Virus record (IMG/VR): IMGVR_UViG_3300045988_167063
Length of the DNA: 64,000 nucleotides
From: a virus
Reading direction: 5' to 3' (one strand)
The notes beneath the pieces are model-generated. The model made no database searches, was not told the DNA's origin, and worked only from the letters and a program-made list of their open reading frames with translations. The first letter of the stretch is position 1; each line of letters opens with the position of its first letter. Shown here piece after piece: positions 19,419 through 29,377 of this stretch. A program made the translations under genes and the position numbers.

Positions 19419-20355
19419 GATTATATTTGTCTATGTCATCAATAGATAAATTAAAATCTCTATTGCCTGCCAACATATTTCCTAACGGTCTTAAAACCAT
19501 ATCTTTTTCATATTGATGTACTTTATTGAGGTCATAATATCTGCTTGGCTCTGAATATACATCCTCGACATTATTTTCGTCTACAAGTCTTATCTTTTCA
19601 AACAAAGACTGTTCCGAAGCCGTTTTAGGCTTATTGCTTTCATATTCATCAATACGAAGTTTATTCATATCTCTTATAATTCGATTTTGAACTTTATCTC
19701 TTGTTTCTTCACCACTATATGAACCGTCATCAATTTTTCTCAATAGCAATCTATCTCTACATAAATCACGATAAAGGTCATCTTGCGGTTCATTTATGAT
19801 TTCTACATTTTTTGTATATCTCTCATAGGTTCTTTCAAGATATTGATAATCTTCTGAACTTTCTTGTTTTCCCCAATTAAGTTCAAATTCATCAAGTTCT
19901 TTTTGTCTTAATTCTCGTTGTTCTATTCTACTATCAATATCACTTAAATTAACATTTGTTGCTGATAATTCATTCCAAATATTCTTTTTAGTTTTTGACT
20001 TATGTAATTCAGAAATATACAATCCCAAATAATTGTTCATTCGTTTGCCTTCTTTGCGACCTTCTTTCATTCGGTTTTCGACACCTGCCCAAACCTCAAG
20101 AATAAAAGGAATGTCATTTCGCAAACAAGTATAATAAACGGCTGATTTCATACTACAACCATTTTTAATATAATAATCAATCATTTTTTGACAACAATCT
20201 TTACAATAAGGTGTATGCCCACTTGCAAAAGGTGACCAACTTTCGTAAAAATTAGTCGCACCTCTCATACCACTACACCCTAATTCTGTATTATTGCCGA
20301 GGCAAAGAAACATATCGGTTTCCTTTTTTATGTTTTTAGAAGCCAACGCTTTCAC
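19411..20355 (-). CDS. terminase small subunit candidate (Cys-rich N-terminus)
   Basis: 314 aa, overlaps the terL start by 8 nt. The call rests on position only. Confidence 0.3.
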   Translation of the reverse strand: MKALASKNIKKETDMFLCLGNNTELGCSGMRGATNFYESWSPFASGHTPYCKDCCQKMIDYYIKNGCSMKSAVYYTCLRNDIPFILEVWAGVENRMKEGRKEGKRMNNYLGLYISELHKSKTKKNIWNELSATNVNLSDIDSRIEQRELRQKELDEFELNWGKQESSEDYQYLERTYERYTKNVEIINEPQDDLYRDLCRDRLLLRKIDDGSYSGEETRDKVQNRIIRDMNKLRIDEYESNKPKTASEQSLFEKIRLVDENNVEDVYSEPSRYYDLNKVHQYEKDMVLRPLGNMLAGNRDFNLSIDDIDKYNLD

Positions 20356-20365
20356 CTCTATGTAC

Positions 20366-20399
20366 TAAAAAATAAAAGAGAGAACTTTTGCTCTCTCTT
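20366..20399 (-). terminator. rho-independent terminator
   Basis: 8-bp stem AAGAGAGA/TCTCTCTT followed by a T-run on the minus strand. Confidence 0.55.
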
Positions 20400-20424
20400 A
20401 AATTATATTTTACTAAATCTTAAT

Positions 20425-21621
20425 TTAATTTAATACTATTGTAAAATCTGCCACTTTACCTTTATTTTCCTCATAGCAAATAAGACTTGCAGAAGCGTCA
20501 GCAGACTTTCTTATTCTCATAGAATAATCATCTATACCTACAACAGAAGCCACGCCAATAGCACCTCTACGCACACCACAGTTGGCATATTCATTATAAT
20601 GCTTATGCCCTGCAATAATATAGTCAATATTTATGCCATAAATTTCTCTATAATCTTTAATTGCACGACTTAAATCTTTAACTTCTCCGTGAATACCGAG
20701 AAAATTAAAGCCAGCAATGGTATCATAAATAAATCCTGTTTTATTTTCTTTAAAAGTAAAGTTAGGATTATCTTTATTTTTAATTTTAATGATATTAGCA
20801 ATTATTTTATCTGTTGTTTCACAAAGATGTTCATTCTTTTTACCGTCAAGCAATCTTAATTCATCGTGGTTGCCTGCCGTTTGGTTATAAATAATTTTTG
20901 TATATTTTGATAATTCTAAAAGCCATTCGCCTATATAATTACCAAAGTTAATTGCACTATCAACTACACCATATCTTAAAGACCAAAGTTGAGAATTTCT
21001 TATAAAACCTTCCGTACTATCTCCAAGATTGTTAATGTGTAATTCTTTAATGTCAAACAACTTTATTTTTTCAATAGTTTCAGATAAAATTGTTTCCATT
21101 CTCTGTTCAAAAATTTCAGGACTATATTCATTGATAATTTCATTCATAAGTCCATAAACTTTAATATCTTTTCCATAATGGCAATCTGCAAAATTTAATT
21201 GCCAACCTAATTTGCTATGTTCGACAGGAATAGGTTTAATATTAACAGAGTTGCAATTTTCATTGATTGACTCAATTACTTTTTCTTCAAAAAGTTCATC
21301 TCTTGCATTTTCACGCAACCATCTGTTATATTCAAGTTTTTCTGTTTGTAGTTTCTTTCGTTCTTTTTCAAGTTCCCTTGTTTGTTCTTTTATGTCATTC
21401 AAAAGTTCTTCACTATCAGCAAATTTAGATTGGTTAGCAACCATTATTTTTTGAAAAGATTGATATTTTTTTCTATAAGCACTTTCAGAATAGTTATTAT
21501 CTAATAATTCATTAAGAATTTTTGCTACATCTTGCCAAGTGCCAATAATATCCTTTTCAGAACAGACACGATAAATCAATTCATCTTCTGTTTCGTTTTC
21601 AAATCTCTTATAGGTCATCAT
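20425..21621 (-). CDS. calcineurin-like metallophosphoesterase with N-terminal helical domain
   Basis: Motifs in order: FADCHYG (DxH), NLGDSTEG (GD), AGNHDE (GNHD/E), LGIHGE, IIAGHKHY (GHxH). Confidence 0.7.
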   Translation of the reverse strand: MMTYKRFENETEDELIYRVCSEKDIIGTWQDVAKILNELLDNNYSESAYRKKYQSFQKIMVANQSKFADSEELLNDIKEQTRELEKERKKLQTEKLEYNRWLRENARDELFEEKVIESINENCNSVNIKPIPVEHSKLGWQLNFADCHYGKDIKVYGLMNEIINEYSPEIFEQRMETILSETIEKIKLFDIKELHINNLGDSTEGFIRNSQLWSLRYGVVDSAINFGNYIGEWLLELSKYTKIIYNQTAGNHDELRLLDGKKNEHLCETTDKIIANIIKIKNKDNPNFTFKENKTGFIYDTIAGFNFLGIHGEVKDLSRAIKDYREIYGINIDYIIAGHKHYNEYANCGVRRGAIGVASVVGIDDYSMRIRKSADASASLICYEENKGKVADFTIVLN

Positions 21622-21622
21622 A

Positions 21623-21808
21623 CTATTCCTTTTCGAGTATTGTCTTTATTTGAACTGTGTTCCCAACCATTGTATCTAAAAGGTCAATAATAGGAATTTC
21701 CTTAATATTATCCTTTAATTCAACAAATATGCACAATTCATTATTTTCATTTTTATCCAAAACACCAACAATATCAGTAATTGAATATGAGTCAAATTTA
21801 TGTTTCAT
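21623..21808 (-). CDS. hypothetical 61-aa protein
   Basis: ORF track; abuts both neighbouring genes. Confidence 0.5.
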   Translation of the reverse strand: MKHKFDSYSITDIVGVLDKNENNELCIFVELKDNIKEIPIIDLLDTMVGNTVQIKTILEKE

Positions 21809-22254
21809 TATTGATTAACCACCTTATTAAGTAAATTGATTACACTATCTTCCATAGGCTTTTTAGGAGGCTTATGTCTTTCATAATGCGCTCTTTCTCT
21901 TTCTTTGGCATTTTTATAAATTTTTCTTGTTTTCATTTTAGGCAAAGTATAATCACATTCATTTACTGCCTTATTAAAAGTATCTGACGGTCTAAAGGTT
22001 ATCTTTTCTTTAGGTTGAACATATCTTATAACTCCGTCAAGATTTATTTTTTTGTCATATCCACCAACTTGCTTAATTTCAAAAATGCCAAATCTAAAAA
22101 TACTTATTCGACCATTTAATTTGAGTTCATCTAAAATAACCTCATAAAGTGCTTTAAGATATTTTTTTGCAAGATTGGGTGTGGCATTTTGACCTACTTT
22201 TTTAGCAATAAGGTTATAAAAGTCATCTGTTCTTAAATCATTCGGTCTACCCAT
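21808..22254 (-). CDS. HU/IHF-family (type II) DNA-binding protein
   Basis: ..ALYEVILDELKLNGRISIFRFGIFEIKQ......KITFRPSDTFNKAVNE follows the HU pattern (L..G..v.l.gFG.Fe......v.Fkpsk.lk.aVN). Confidence 0.7.
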   Translation of the reverse strand: MGRPNDLRTDDFYNLIAKKVGQNATPNLAKKYLKALYEVILDELKLNGRISIFRFGIFEIKQVGGYDKKINLDGVIRYVQPKEKITFRPSDTFNKAVNECDYTLPKMKTRKIYKNAKERERAHYERHKPPKKPMEDSVINLLNKVVNQ

Positions 22255-22823
22255 TATGCTTTACTCCTCTTCTTTTCTTTTTCATATCTATTAGAAGAAT
22301 ATTCACGGAGTCTTTCTTTGTATTCTCTTTTAACATTTACTTTAAAAACATCATAATCGGGTTTATCTTCCTCAATAATATGTTTTGTACTCTTTTCACC
22401 TATTTGTGAAGGACAATTTATTACAGTACCTGCTTTTTTACCCTTTTTATGCTTAAATTCTACTTTTGCAAAATACGGAATAGCAAAACTAATATTTGAC
22501 CTATTATTTGATTTAATAAGAGTGTCAACAATATGAACGAAAGTTGTAAATACTTCATCAACTTCGTCAATGGAAAGAGAAGAGTTCCTTGCAATAAGTT
22601 TAACCATATCTCCACCATTTATGTACCCAAGAGTTAATTCTCTCGTAACTTGTTCTTCCGTAATTTCATTTCTTTTAATATGTTGCCTAAGAACATTCAT
22701 AATATCATTTCTTGCTTTTTCATCGGTATCAATAAGTTGCACTGCTTCATCAGCCGAAATGTTTTCTTTATAATAAGTTCTTAAAACTTTTAAAATTCTT
22801 GATTTAACAAGTTTATTATTCAC
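22254..22823 (-). CDS. second, divergent HU/IHF-like DNA-binding protein
   Basis: The C-terminal half (LSIDEVDEVFTTFVHIVDTLIKSNN..ISFAIPYFAKVEFKHKKGKKAG) resembles an HU fold. Confidence 0.45.
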   Translation of the reverse strand: MNNKLVKSRILKVLRTYYKENISADEAVQLIDTDEKARNDIMNVLRQHIKRNEITEEQVTRELTLGYINGGDMVKLIARNSSLSIDEVDEVFTTFVHIVDTLIKSNNRSNISFAIPYFAKVEFKHKKGKKAGTVINCPSQIGEKSTKHIIEEDKPDYDVFKVNVKREYKERLREYSSNRYEKEKKRSKA

Positions 22824-23072
22824 TATTTAATTCTCCTTTCTATGAAATTTACCTTTAAGGCGATAGCCCACAATTAAGTGGACTATCTTAAAAAATACTT
22901 TGAGAATATAATTGCAATCCCATATTTATTAAACGCATTGGCAATAGCGTTGGAATGTAATAAAGGACATCTCCTCGTTCCCCTTCCATATTACAGACGC
23001 ATTTCAATATCGAAAATTTGGCTTAACCAAGCCATTTTCAAAGCTTTTTCGCAAATAGTTTTCTGCAATTTT

Positions 23073-24046
23073 TTAGTCATTTTCGCCAAAAATAAAGCAA
23101 TTTAAGAATTTTTCTTTGTTTGTTTTATACAAAACATTAAGCATTTTTCTTGTAAATTTAGATGTTGATTTATCAATAGGTCTACCTGTAATATTACTTT
23201 CAAGACCCAAAGCACTTTCAACAAGTCTATTGATTGTCACTAAATTATTTACTTTAACCTTTGAAACATTGTCAATTAACTGTTGAAATTTCTCAATATT
23301 TTTTTCAACATCATTTCCTTGCTCTTTATTAGTTTTTACAAAAGTATCATATTCATCAACGAGTTTTCGTATTTTAGACATTTGCCTATGATTAGGTTTT
23401 CCCTCAATCTTAACAAAAAACTCATTTGTCGGAATAGTGTTTGTTGTACCACTTGGCTCAATCTCGTCTAAAATTTCTTCAAGCCAATTCATAGGACAAA
23501 TTATATCATAGTTAATTCTATCATAAACTTTTTTCTTATTATTTCTAACAATCTCAAAAGACAACTCTACACCATTTTTAGTATACGGAATATCTTTTGT
23601 ATATTTCATAAATTTAGGATAATCACATTTGACTTTTTTTTCTTTGTCATTATTTGTAATTATTGTTTTAGTTTTTTGCATACAAGACATATTTTGTATT
23701 CTGTCTATTTCATCCATTCCGTTAATTTCATACTCTCTTTTACACCCATCAATTATAATTTGGGCAACAACAGATAAAATCACAAAATTATTATACAAAT
23801 CTTCATCTTGTTCAGTCCAATAATAACTCATAGCAAGTTGAGCTAAATTACTCGACCATCCTATTCCGAGCCTTGATTTAGCAAATTTATTATCCATTTG
23901 AGAATAAGCAAGTTTTGTATTTTCGTATGTAATAGAACTTTCTTTTAGTTGATTTACAATAGTAGGAAATTCATCATAACATCTTTTTGCACACTTAACC
24001 ATAATGGGATTATTGGTTGCAAAAATGAAGTCAGAATCGAAATCTG
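23073..24046 (-). CDS. YonO/QDE-1-like single-subunit double-psi-beta-barrel RNA polymerase, exon 2
   Basis: The frame is open only from 24053. Begins (S)DFDSDFIFATNNP, the metal-binding Asp triad. Confidence 0.6.
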
Positions 24047-24936
24047 CAATATGTTATCGTATAGGTTTTTTATCCCATACCTCTTATGGTTTCCCATAAG
24101 TTCAGACTATCTCTTTACCCTCGTCTTATCCGTTAGGGTATTCGGCACTCTTGCAAAGGATTATTGTTTGTCTACTCACCTTGTAGTCGTTAAACCTTAC
24201 TGCCTACTTTTACGACATTCAGCAGTCTTGGTAATTGATTGGCTTATGTGTGTTAATTTTTGCAATATATCCATAGCAAGGCTTATTACATTTTGCCCTT
24301 CTTGCTATAAATCCACTAATTGCATTTATGCTTCCTTTAAGGTTCTGTTTAGTTTTAATCCATTCCGAACAATTCTTTATGCAAGAAAACGATTTTACCA
24401 AATTATCATTTTTATATAAGTCGACAGACTTACTTTTACCATTTTTATCTCCGAGTTTACAAACACTATATTTACCAATATCGGAACTATATCGAACATT
24501 ATCTTTGTGTGTAATCCATTCAAGATTATCAACACGATTATTTGTTCTATTATAGTCTTTATGATTTATTTCTAAATATTTATTTGGATTTGGAATAAAT
24601 GCTTCTGCTACTAATCTGTGAACAGATACATATCTTTTATTTCCACACATTTGTAAACAAACTACTTTATATCCATCTGAATTTGTTTTTGGCTTTTTAA
24701 TCTTTTCATTCCTTACAATATATCCACATTTTGCTTGTGGATGAGGAACTTTTCTACAAAGAGATTTTACTCTTCCAAAATTACTAATTTGATAATAGCC
24801 TAAAAATCCATCTATATCCTTCCATTGTTCTTTCAAAAAATCACCTCCTTGTTTATTTTTTTACACACACTTAGCGTTCCAATTTTCACCGAATAGTTTT
24901 AGAAAAGTGTTTCCACTTAACCGACCCATTTTATTA
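24047..24936 (-). mobile_element. group I intron carrying an HNH homing endonuclease gene
   Basis: The 5' exon ..AAUGGCU pairs with GGGUC 9 nt downstream. The 3' end CTTATGG-GAAA-CCATAAG..GTATGGG-N8-CCTATAC-GATAACATATTG matches the terL intron family. The last nucleotide is G. Confidence 0.75.
24219..24836 (-). CDS. intron-encoded HNH homing endonuclease (NUMOD4 + HNH_3)
   Basis: N-terminal EQWKDIDGFLGYYQISNFGRVKS (NUMOD4). HRLVAEAFIPNP..INHKDYNRTNNRVDNLEWITHKDN (HNH). Confidence 0.85.
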   Translation of the reverse strand: MKEQWKDIDGFLGYYQISNFGRVKSLCRKVPHPQAKCGYIVRNEKIKKPKTNSDGYKVVCLQMCGNKRYVSVHRLVAEAFIPNPNKYLEINHKDYNRTNNRVDNLEWITHKDNVRYSSDIGKYSVCKLGDKNGKSKSVDLYKNDNLVKSFSCIKNCSEWIKTKQNLKGSINAISGFIARRAKCNKPCYGYIAKINTHKPINYQDC

Positions 24937-26746
24937 AGCCATTAGTCCTATCTTGTAAATCCGTTCCAATACAATTCACAGCCACAATATTCTCACTAAA
25001 AGGAAAATATTTTTGCATCTCTTTTGAGTAAGTATTTTTTAAATAACAAATATTATTTGGACTGTTTTGAGGTGACCTTATACCACATAAATATTCTCCG
25101 TCATTAAATCTTGTAGTATAACATTGAATAGTTCCCTGCTCTTGTTCAAAGCAAGGGTCTTTAGTCCAATCCTCGCCAACTGCATATAACAGTAAAGCAT
25201 AGGGGTTTCCACACATTGTCAAATTATCTGCATTGACAGTTATTTTGCCTTTACGCAATTTTTCAACATAAGCAAAAATAATTTTTCGCTTTTCAGTTCT
25301 AAACCACTTACTATTTGCAAAATCTTTATTTTGATTATATAAATCTGCCATCATTTCATAATGATTTATTTCATTTGCATTTAATCTTAAAAACTTTTCA
25401 AACTCATCGTTATCTTGCTTTAACTTTTCAACATACGCTACACTATATTGAGCAAGTTCTTTAATTTCATCTTTACTACAAGGCAATGAATTAACCATTT
25501 GATAACTCATTTGTTGAACATTTCCGAGTTTACTTTTATGGTCTGTTTTAACGATACCAAAAATGCTGTTGTCAGCCTTTATTCTATCACACCAATATTT
25601 ATAAGGGTTATCCCCCATAAGCTCTGTAAACTTTTTCCATTTAATCGCATTGTCTGTTGTAATAACTTTAATATTTTTTGCTAAATGTTTCACGCCAAAC
25701 ATATCTTCAATTTCAAAAGTTTCATAATCAACATTGTTTTCAATACACCAATCTTTTAAAAATTGTTGTAAATTAGTTCTAAATCCACACATTTTAAAAA
25801 AATGATTTCTTAACAACATCATTCCGTTGACATATTTAGGCATTATAGAAGTTTCAACTAACCCCATACCATCCCATAAAGTATTTTTTAGATTAACATT
25901 TTCTTTATGTACGACACATTTTTTAGTTGGTACTCGTATTTTTTTAAATACTCTTTTAGGCTTTTTACCTTGACTTAAAGCTTTTTGTCTATTAATTTCA
26001 GTTTTTTCTGTATCAATAACTTTTTTCTCAACAAAATACTCTTCAGCTCTAACAATATTTGCCATTGTTTGAAAATAACTATCTTGGTCTTTTAAAATTA
26101 AAATATCCTCAACAGGAATATGAATGTTCCCTACAATAGTGCTTGTAGTTAAAGGGGCATAAGCAGACATTTCAACAATTTTTGCCTTTTTTTTATCCAT
26201 TTTGTTCCCCAAACCCATAGTAAGCCATTCGTATGCTGTTTTATAATACTTTTCGTTAATAAAGATAGATTGCCCGACTTTAGCTTTTGAGGGCGTTCTA
26301 AAGAGCATTTTATAATGAATTGTTTGTGTCTTTTTTATTGCTCCGTTCTTATCTCTTGTCACATAATCAATAGAAACACCATTTTGATAATATTCATCTC
26401 TTATTTCTTCCATACTCTTTTTTATAAATTTATCTTTATTCTCGTGTACTGTATTTAAAATTTCATTTAATCGTTCTAATGATTTTTCATCTGCTTTTTC
26501 AATAAGCGTTTCTATCTGTTGTACTTTTTCTTCATAAGACTTTGAGCCAAAGTCAAATTCAAGACAAACAATATCTCTTGTAGACTCACCTTTGTAAACA
26601 TTAAGACCTTTATTTATAATATAATTACTAAACAATGAATTATTAAACATTGCGTCAGTATAATCAAGCCTATCCCTTACTCCGAGATTATATTCATAAA
26701 GCGTTCCTGCCTTAATATTTTTAATTTTTATTCCAAACTCGGACAA
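24937..26746 (-). CDS. YonO/QDE-1-like single-subunit RNA polymerase, exon 1
   Basis: TTG start after AAGGAGTGA. The C-terminal CGIRSPQNSPNNICYLKN...IVAVNCIGTDLQDRTNG resembles the beta-prime segment NRaPtlHr..iqaf...i.l.PlvC.afNADFDGD. Confidence 0.6.
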
Positions 26747-26865
26747 TTTATCACTCCTTATATCGCCTGTGTGCCTATATAAGCCATTTTTATATTAAAG
26801 GAATATAATTTCACTATTATTATATAAAAGTGTCTTATTCAGCCTTACAGAGCATTATAATTATA

Positions 26866-27030
26866 TTATTTATTAAATTCATCTATTACAAATGCTTTTT
26901 CAACACCAAAAGTATTGTCGTAGCATAAATTTTCGTATAGACCATAGAATACTACATTTTCATAATCAGCCGAAGCTAAATCTTTTCTTTGTAGTTCGTG
27001 TTTTCTATTGGCAAATTTATAATATGACAT
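26866..27030 (-). CDS. small hypothetical protein (54 aa)
   Basis: Hand-translated MSYYKFANRKHELQRKDLASADYENVVFYGLYENLCYDNTFGVEKAFVIDEFNK. AAGGAG lies upstream but is distant from the ATG. Confidence 0.3.
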   Translation of the reverse strand: MSYYKFANRKHELQRKDLASADYENVVFYGLYENLCYDNTFGVEKAFVIDEFNK

Positions 27031-27174
27031 TTCGTTCCACACGATTTCGTTATTCTCCTTTCGTGTTATAGATTACTTTTATGCTTTGATATTGAAATTT
27101 GTAAGCACAAAAGTAAATTTTCAATCTTTTCTTAATTATACCATATTTCATTGTAAAAGTCAAGTGTTTTTTTA

Positions 27175-27199
27175 CTTTACCACTTTTTTACTTTACCAC
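27175..27199 (-). repeat. two tandem copies of CTTTACCAC (= GTGGTAAAG on the minus strand), 16-nt period
   Basis: ctttaccacttttttactttaccac. The same 9-mer recurs at 45170 and 45232. Confidence 0.7.
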
Positions 27200-27207
27200 T
27201 TTATTTT

Positions 27208-27304
27208 TTATATATTTATATATACTTTATAATATAATATAATACTTATATATATATATATATATATATTATATTTATATTAAATAATAATAATTAATAT
27301 AATA
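27208..27304. repeat. pure A/T, (TA)n-rich low-complexity tract
   Basis: About 100 nt with almost no G or C, including tatatatatatatatatatat. Confidence 0.9.
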
Positions 27305-27388
27305 ATATAGACAAGGAATGATACCAAATCCTGAAAAATAATGCAAATTTCCATTATTTTAATATGTTTTGTCAACGATAAAAGGTAC
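27305..27388 (+). repeat. ~84-nt repeat element, copy A (ATATAGACAAGG...TCAACGATA..GGTAC)
   Basis: Aligns by eye with the reverse complement of 36994-37074 and partly with 37117-37182. Confidence 0.7.
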
Positions 27389-27471
27389 TTATTTTAAAGA
27401 GGCACTATAAAAATCAATAATGAAATAATATATAATTTACATCTTTTTAAAGAAATCTTTGGGAAATTATC

Positions 27472-27570
27472 GGCTTTTCGTAAGAAAAGCTTTAATCGAA
27501 AAAGTTAAGACACGATAGTGGCTTAATTTTTTTGTCAAAAGTTAAGGAGCGTAGCGACTTAACTTGCGAC
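27472..27570 (+). promoter_or_regulatory. array of three hairpins in the divergent control region
   Basis: GCTTTTC-gtaa-GAAAAGC; GTTAAG-N11-CTTAAT+T7; AAGTTAAG-N11-CTTAACTT. Confidence 0.5.
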
Positions 27571-27593
27571 AGCCTTGTGAAATCTTATGAGGA

Positions 27594-27715
27594 ATATTTA
27601 TTTTTAATATTTATAAATTAAATTTTATATTATATAATAAAATATATAATAAATATATTAATATATAAATTATAATATAATAAGATAATCTAATAAATAA
27701 TATAAATAAAAACAT
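27594..27715. repeat. pure A/T low-complexity tract
   Basis: About 120 nt essentially free of G and C. Confidence 0.9.
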
Positions 27716-27790
27716 TTTAAACATATTCTATTAACTTGATATGTAATATGATACAGTTAAATTTCAATCACAATTTTTTTAAAAAAGTTC

Positions 27791-27819
27791 TTGACATTTA
27801 GATAAAACTATGGTATAAT
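27791..27819 (+). promoter_or_regulatory. sigma-A-type promoter, first early promoter
   Basis: TTGACA-17 nt-TGgTATAAT. Confidence 0.8.
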
Positions 27820-27838
27820 TAAGAAAATCGACAAAGAG

Positions 27839-28762
27839 GTGATATTTATTGAATTAGAATTTGATAAAAAATATAAATATCAACAACTATGTAGTATCTT
27901 TCAGCTTGAAGTTAAAAGAGGTTCGGCACAAAGAACTCAAATAAGTAAACTTAAAGAAAAGTATGATATTGAAAAAGATAATGGCTTTTATATTATTCAT
28001 AGAGAATATTCACAAGAAGAACAATTAGATAATATAAAATATCATAAATATAAAAAACTTATTGAGCCTATGTTATATACCATTTTGTCGCAGCCGAATA
28101 AAGATGTGATAAGAATGGATATGCACGAACTTATGGAGTTTTTAGGAATAGTCAATAAAGATTATCATTATGCTAAATATCATCCAAAAGAATGTATTGA
28201 GCAAATTGATAAAGGTACGGTCGCAGGACTTACTATATTTTCAAGAGAAAGTGAACCTTTATTAAAAAGAATTATTGTAGATGTTCTTAAAGATATGCAA
28301 AGAAAATGTTTAATTAAAGTTAATATGATACCTATGTTTGCCAAAAAGTATATCAACAACGAGGATGGCAAATTATATACAAAAGTATGGGAAGCAAATA
28401 AAATAACAGAAATTCCTAAATTACTTGAGGCTAAAAGGTTAGTCCTTAAAGAATTTAACATTGAATATTGGGATGATTTACAATATAATCAATTTGGGAG
28501 AGCAAAAGATATTATTGCAGAACAATTAGGTATTGATTATTTTTATTATGAATATGAATTGATATTAAATAAGCAAGGACTTAATGAGTTAATTACTGAA
28601 AATTACACGGAATTAAAAAAAGCTCTTAATAAACACATTCAGTCAAAAACTAAAATGTCAAAACAAGGAAATTTAAAATTCCTTACAGACAATGAAAAAA
28701 GTGTTTACATTGAGCATTTTATCAATACTGAAAAAGATTATAGATTGAGGGATAAAAAATAA
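27839..28762 (+). CDS. hypothetical early protein (307 aa)
   Basis: ORF track. The GTG start sits inside GAGGTGA; an in-frame ATT at 27848 has ideal spacing. Confidence 0.7.
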   Translation: MIFIELEFDKKYKYQQLCSIFQLEVKRGSAQRTQISKLKEKYDIEKDNGFYIIHREYSQEEQLDNIKYHKYKKLIEPMLYTILSQPNKDVIRMDMHELMEFLGIVNKDYHYAKYHPKECIEQIDKGTVAGLTIFSRESEPLLKRIIVDVLKDMQRKCLIKVNMIPMFAKKYINNEDGKLYTKVWEANKITEIPKLLEAKRLVLKEFNIEYWDDLQYNQFGRAKDIIAEQLGIDYFYYEYELILNKQGLNELITENYTELKKALNKHIQSKTKMSKQGNLKFLTDNEKSVYIEHFINTEKDYRLRDKK

Positions 28763-28765
28763 AAA

Positions 28766-28891
28766 ATGAATATAGATTTTAAATATTTATACGAAAAGAA
28801 AAGATTAAGACTTAGTTCAAAGAAAGGTCACATTGATGAAAAATTATTAACGAAAGGTAAAAAATATGACAATAAAAGAATTGATGAATAA
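28766..28891 (+). CDS. small hypothetical protein (41 aa)
   Basis: Hand-translated ORF; ATG lies 4 nt after the upstream stop. Confidence 0.35.
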   Translation: MNIDFKYLYEKKRLRLSSKKGHIDEKLLTKGKKYDNKRIDE

Positions 28892-29003
28892 ATTAAACCA
28901 AATTGAAAATAAAGACTTACCAATTAAATATTTTAGTTACAATGGCTATACTAAGACCATTGAAAATATTGAAATAAAAGATAATTATTTGGAGGTAAAA
29001 TAA
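28866..29003 (+). CDS. small hypothetical protein (45 aa)
   Basis: AAAGGTAAAAAAT then ATG. Ends ..YLEVK with a TAATG overlap into the next gene. Confidence 0.45.
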   Translation: MTIKELMNKLNQIENKDLPIKYFSYNGYTKTIENIEIKDNYLEVK

Positions 29004-29377
29004 TGACTTGTAAAGAAAATATTAAATGGCTTGAAAGCCTTAAAAAAGAGTTAGAACAAAGCCAATATCAATGTTTATGGCATTATGAGCAAGCATTAGC
29101 AGAAACTATTGAACTATTGCAAAGCGACAGGCTTGTTGAACTGCCTTGTAGAATTGACGATAAAGTCTATTATATAATAATAAAAAGATATGTTCCTTTA
29201 ACATACAAGATAGTAGAAGCCAAAGTACTTGATTATAACATTAATAGATACGGAATTTGTGGTGTGAAAATAAGACCGTTAAATTCAGAGTATACATTCG
29301 AAACAAATATTGATAAGATATTTCTCACTAAAGAAGAAGCAGAAGCAAAGTTAAAGGAGTTGAACGGCAATGATTGA
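29003..29377 (+). CDS. hypothetical protein, paralog of the C-terminal part of 59895..60416
   Basis: Shares VELPCR..Y and TKEEAEAKLKELN with the 173-aa protein. Confidence 0.7.
   Translation: MTCKENIKWLESLKKELEQSQYQCLWHYEQALAETIELLQSDRLVELPCRIDDKVYYIIIKRYVPLTYKIVEAKVLDYNINRYGICGVKIRPLNSEYTFETNIDKIFLTKEEAEAKLKELNGND

Noticed and set aside
22878-23105. 75-aa plus-strand ORF in the gap between RNAP exon 2 and the HU-like genes.
   Set aside because: It lies opposite to the operon, has no SD, and the region is better explained by minus-strand hairpins (GGCTT/AAGCC, AACGC/GCGTT) acting as a terminator or attenuator.
2123-25684. Plus-strand track ORFs inside the minus-strand late block: 2123..2422, 3260..3514, 4074..4280, 5344..5601, 6989..7222, 7785..7967, 8050..8307, 10514..10729, 11111..11434, 12216..12431, 13224..13616, 13631..13822, 14271..14495, 15887..16168, 17357..17575, 21212..21454, 22570..22773, 23283..23471, 23629..23823, 23949..24419, 24328..24555 and 25499..25684.
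   Set aside because: All lie antisense to longer ORFs with recognisable products or operon context. They have low-complexity, Leu/Phe/Ile/Ser-rich translations typical of AT-rich antisense frames, and none has an SD.
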